A program made the translations under genes and the position numbers. The notes beneath the pieces are model-generated. The model did no database searches. It saw only the letters and a list, made by a program, of their open reading frames with translations, and was not told the DNA's origin. A stretch of DNA of 64,000 nucleotides from Candidatus Hydrothermales bacterium (GTDB lineage Bacteria; Hydrothermota; Hydrothermia; Hydrothermales; JAJRUZ01): contig JBCNUW010000002.1 in assembly GCA_039630575.1 (NCBI GenBank), positions 88,192 to 152,191 of the forward strand, read 5' to 3'. Shown piece by piece: positions 62,284-64,000 of the stretch. Position 1 is the first letter of the stretch, and the number at the start of each line of letters is the position of its first letter.

Positions 62284-64000
62284 CTAAATTTTAAAAAGAT
62301 ATTGAAATTTTAAAAATATTTGATGATTATGCCCTTTTATTCCAAAAGGTTTGTCTAATTTCATAGTGTTTACATTTGCTCCAATATAAAAAACTGTAAA
62401 AGGGTTAGGTTCGTAAGAAAATAAAGGGAAAATACCTAAATTTTTTGTTCCTGTGTAAAATTGAAAGATATTTCTTATGCGAAGAGAAGGCATAAATTGA
62501 TATATAATTTTATTTACTATAGAAGTTTCATCATATATCATAAATTTCCAAGGCTTCTCATATAGATAATATCTTTCCACACTCCATTCAACTTGTAAGT
62601 TTTTAATTAAGTTAATTGAAGAAGAAAAAATAAAAGAATAAGAGTATGCAGGAGTTAGAGTAGAATAATTTATTGTTCTTCTGAAAATATTTCTTAATTT
62701 CCAACTAATTTTTTTGAAGTAAGAATTTATGTTTACAACAGAAAATTCAAATAAGTTGTCAAAGTTTTTTCCCCTATAAAGATAACGAGGAATAGAATAA
62801 TATTCTATAAAAAATATATTTTGTCCTTTAAAATGGAATTCTATACGTGGTCCGAGAGATCTTCTTTTTTCAATTTTTCTAAAATTTTCCTCTCTTGAAA
62901 AAATAAAAATTAGGTACGTTGAAGTAATCCCTAATTTATTAGGGTAAAGATTAAAACCTGCACCTTTTGTGATTGAACGAAAATTATTTTTAGTAATATA
63001 TCCAAAATCTGATCTAAAAGTCGGGGAAATATTCACATACTTTAAAAAAGAGTTAAAATATTTAAAACCTATCTTGGCATTAAAAAAGTGCGAAAATCCA
63101 TTTAAATTTTCACCATTAAATTCTTCACAAACTATAGACTCTCTGGGCTCTTTAACATTAGAATATCCAAATTCATAATTAATATAATAGTGTGTATAAA
63201 ATCTGCTTTTTAACTCAAAACCAAATAAACGATTAAAACTTTGAAACCTTTTAGTTGTATCACTTACTTCTCTATGAGCAAGTAATAATCCTATATATGA
63301 TTCTTTATTTATAATTTCTTTTTTTATTTTTAAAATATTTAAAAAGGACAAATTATTCATAAATACAACCCAACTTTTATCTTCAGAGGGAATAATATAA
63401 GAAGTATATTTATCAGCTGCAGAAAGAAATAGTATTTCTTTCTCACTAAATTTGCCTGTAATTTTAAAAGCATAAATAGGTGAGAGTATACTTCTTGTAT
63501 ATATCAAATTTAAAGGAGTTTCCAGTAGCTCCTTTCCTTCCATAAAAAACGGTCTTTTTTCCAAATAATATAAGGCGTAAGGATTGTTTACATCTATCTG
63601 AGGGGCATCAGTTTCTATTTGAGCATAGTCGGGATTAATTGTAAAATCACAAATTAGATCTGAAAATATATTCCATTTTATAGTTATTCCCATATTACTG
63701 AATTTTATTCTATCTGTTAGATATTTTAAATTTTTTCTATAGCCATTTTGAGAAAGGACAAAATAAGGCAAAAAATTTATTCTCTTTGCACTTTTTATCT
63801 TATGAGGAATAATAATGATCCCTCCTTGCCCCAAAAAGGAAGGATTATTTCTATCAATTGGTGCCCAAGAAAATACTTCAAATTCATTTCTCGGTCTCAA
63901 CCTTCTTAAGTGAATCCTCCACTTTTGCTCTTTAACGGAAGGAAATTTTAAAGAAGAGAAGTAGATTTTAACTTCAGCCACCCAAAAACTATCATAAATA
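62284..64000 (-). CDS. DUF5916 family protein (CBM9-like plus beta-barrel); 5' end outside window
   Basis: Frame open to the edge (IYDSFWVAEVKI); W.AE..I..SSL.F, DFTINPDYAQIETD, EKRPFFMEG, YTRSI, F.KFQY. Confidence 0.85.
   Translation of the reverse strand, partial: IYDSFWVAEVKIYFSSLKFPSVKEQKWRIHLRRLRPRNEFEVFSWAPIDRNNPSFLGQGGIIIIPHKIKSAKRINFLPYFVLSQNGYRKNLKYLTDRIKFSNMGITIKWNIFSDLICDFTINPDYAQIETDAPQIDVNNPYALYYLEKRPFFMEGKELLETPLNLIYTRSILSPIYAFKITGKFSEKEILFLSAADKYTSYIIPSEDKSWVVFMNNLSFLNILKIKKEIINKESYIGLLLAHREVSDTTKRFQSFNRLFGFELKSRFYTHYYINYEFGYSNVKEPRESIVCEEFNGENLNGFSHFFNAKIGFKYFNSFLKYVNISPTFRSDFGYITKNNFRSITKGAGFNLYPNKLGITSTYLIFIFSREENFRKIEKRRSLGPRIEFHFKGQNIFFIEYYSIPRYLYRGKNFDNLFEFSVVNINSYFKKISWKLRNIFRRTINYSTLTPAYSYSFIFSSSINLIKNLQVEWSVERYYLYEKPWKFMIYDETSIVNKIIYQFMPSLRIRNIFQFYTGTKNLGIFPLFSYEPNPFTVFYIGANVNTMKLDKPFGIKGHNHQIFLKFQYLFKI

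Overview
AT-rich, gene-dense bacterial chromosome segment in standard code 11. It is from a diderm, probably thermophilic anaerobe near the FCB group; gene content resembles WOR-3/Hydrothermae, which is inference only. Main content: a PlsA/PlsR-like (ether-lipid) CoA-activase fusion; a stand-alone 5S rRNA; a str-S10 ribosomal operon that stops at rpmC and runs into mreBCD-pbp2-rodA; tRNA-Thr(GGT) with tsaC-phosphatase, purM, gyrA, an amidase and mdh; a ~17 kb ExbBD/TonB/TonB-dependent receptor/PorV-like/CTD-cargo locus; ftsX-envC through rsfS-argS-ftsE; and a DUF5916/ABC-exporter cluster at the right edge. No CRISPR array, prophage or intact IS was seen. The strongest unexplained signal is a tRNA T-arm mimic, GG-TTCAA(A/T)T-CC. 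It occurs five times, always on the sense strand, just after a predicted -10 box and 20-35 nt before the starts of rpsL, tuf, mdh, exbB and a secreted CTD protein. Many other genes look leaderless, and many exported proteins have ultra-short signal peptides.
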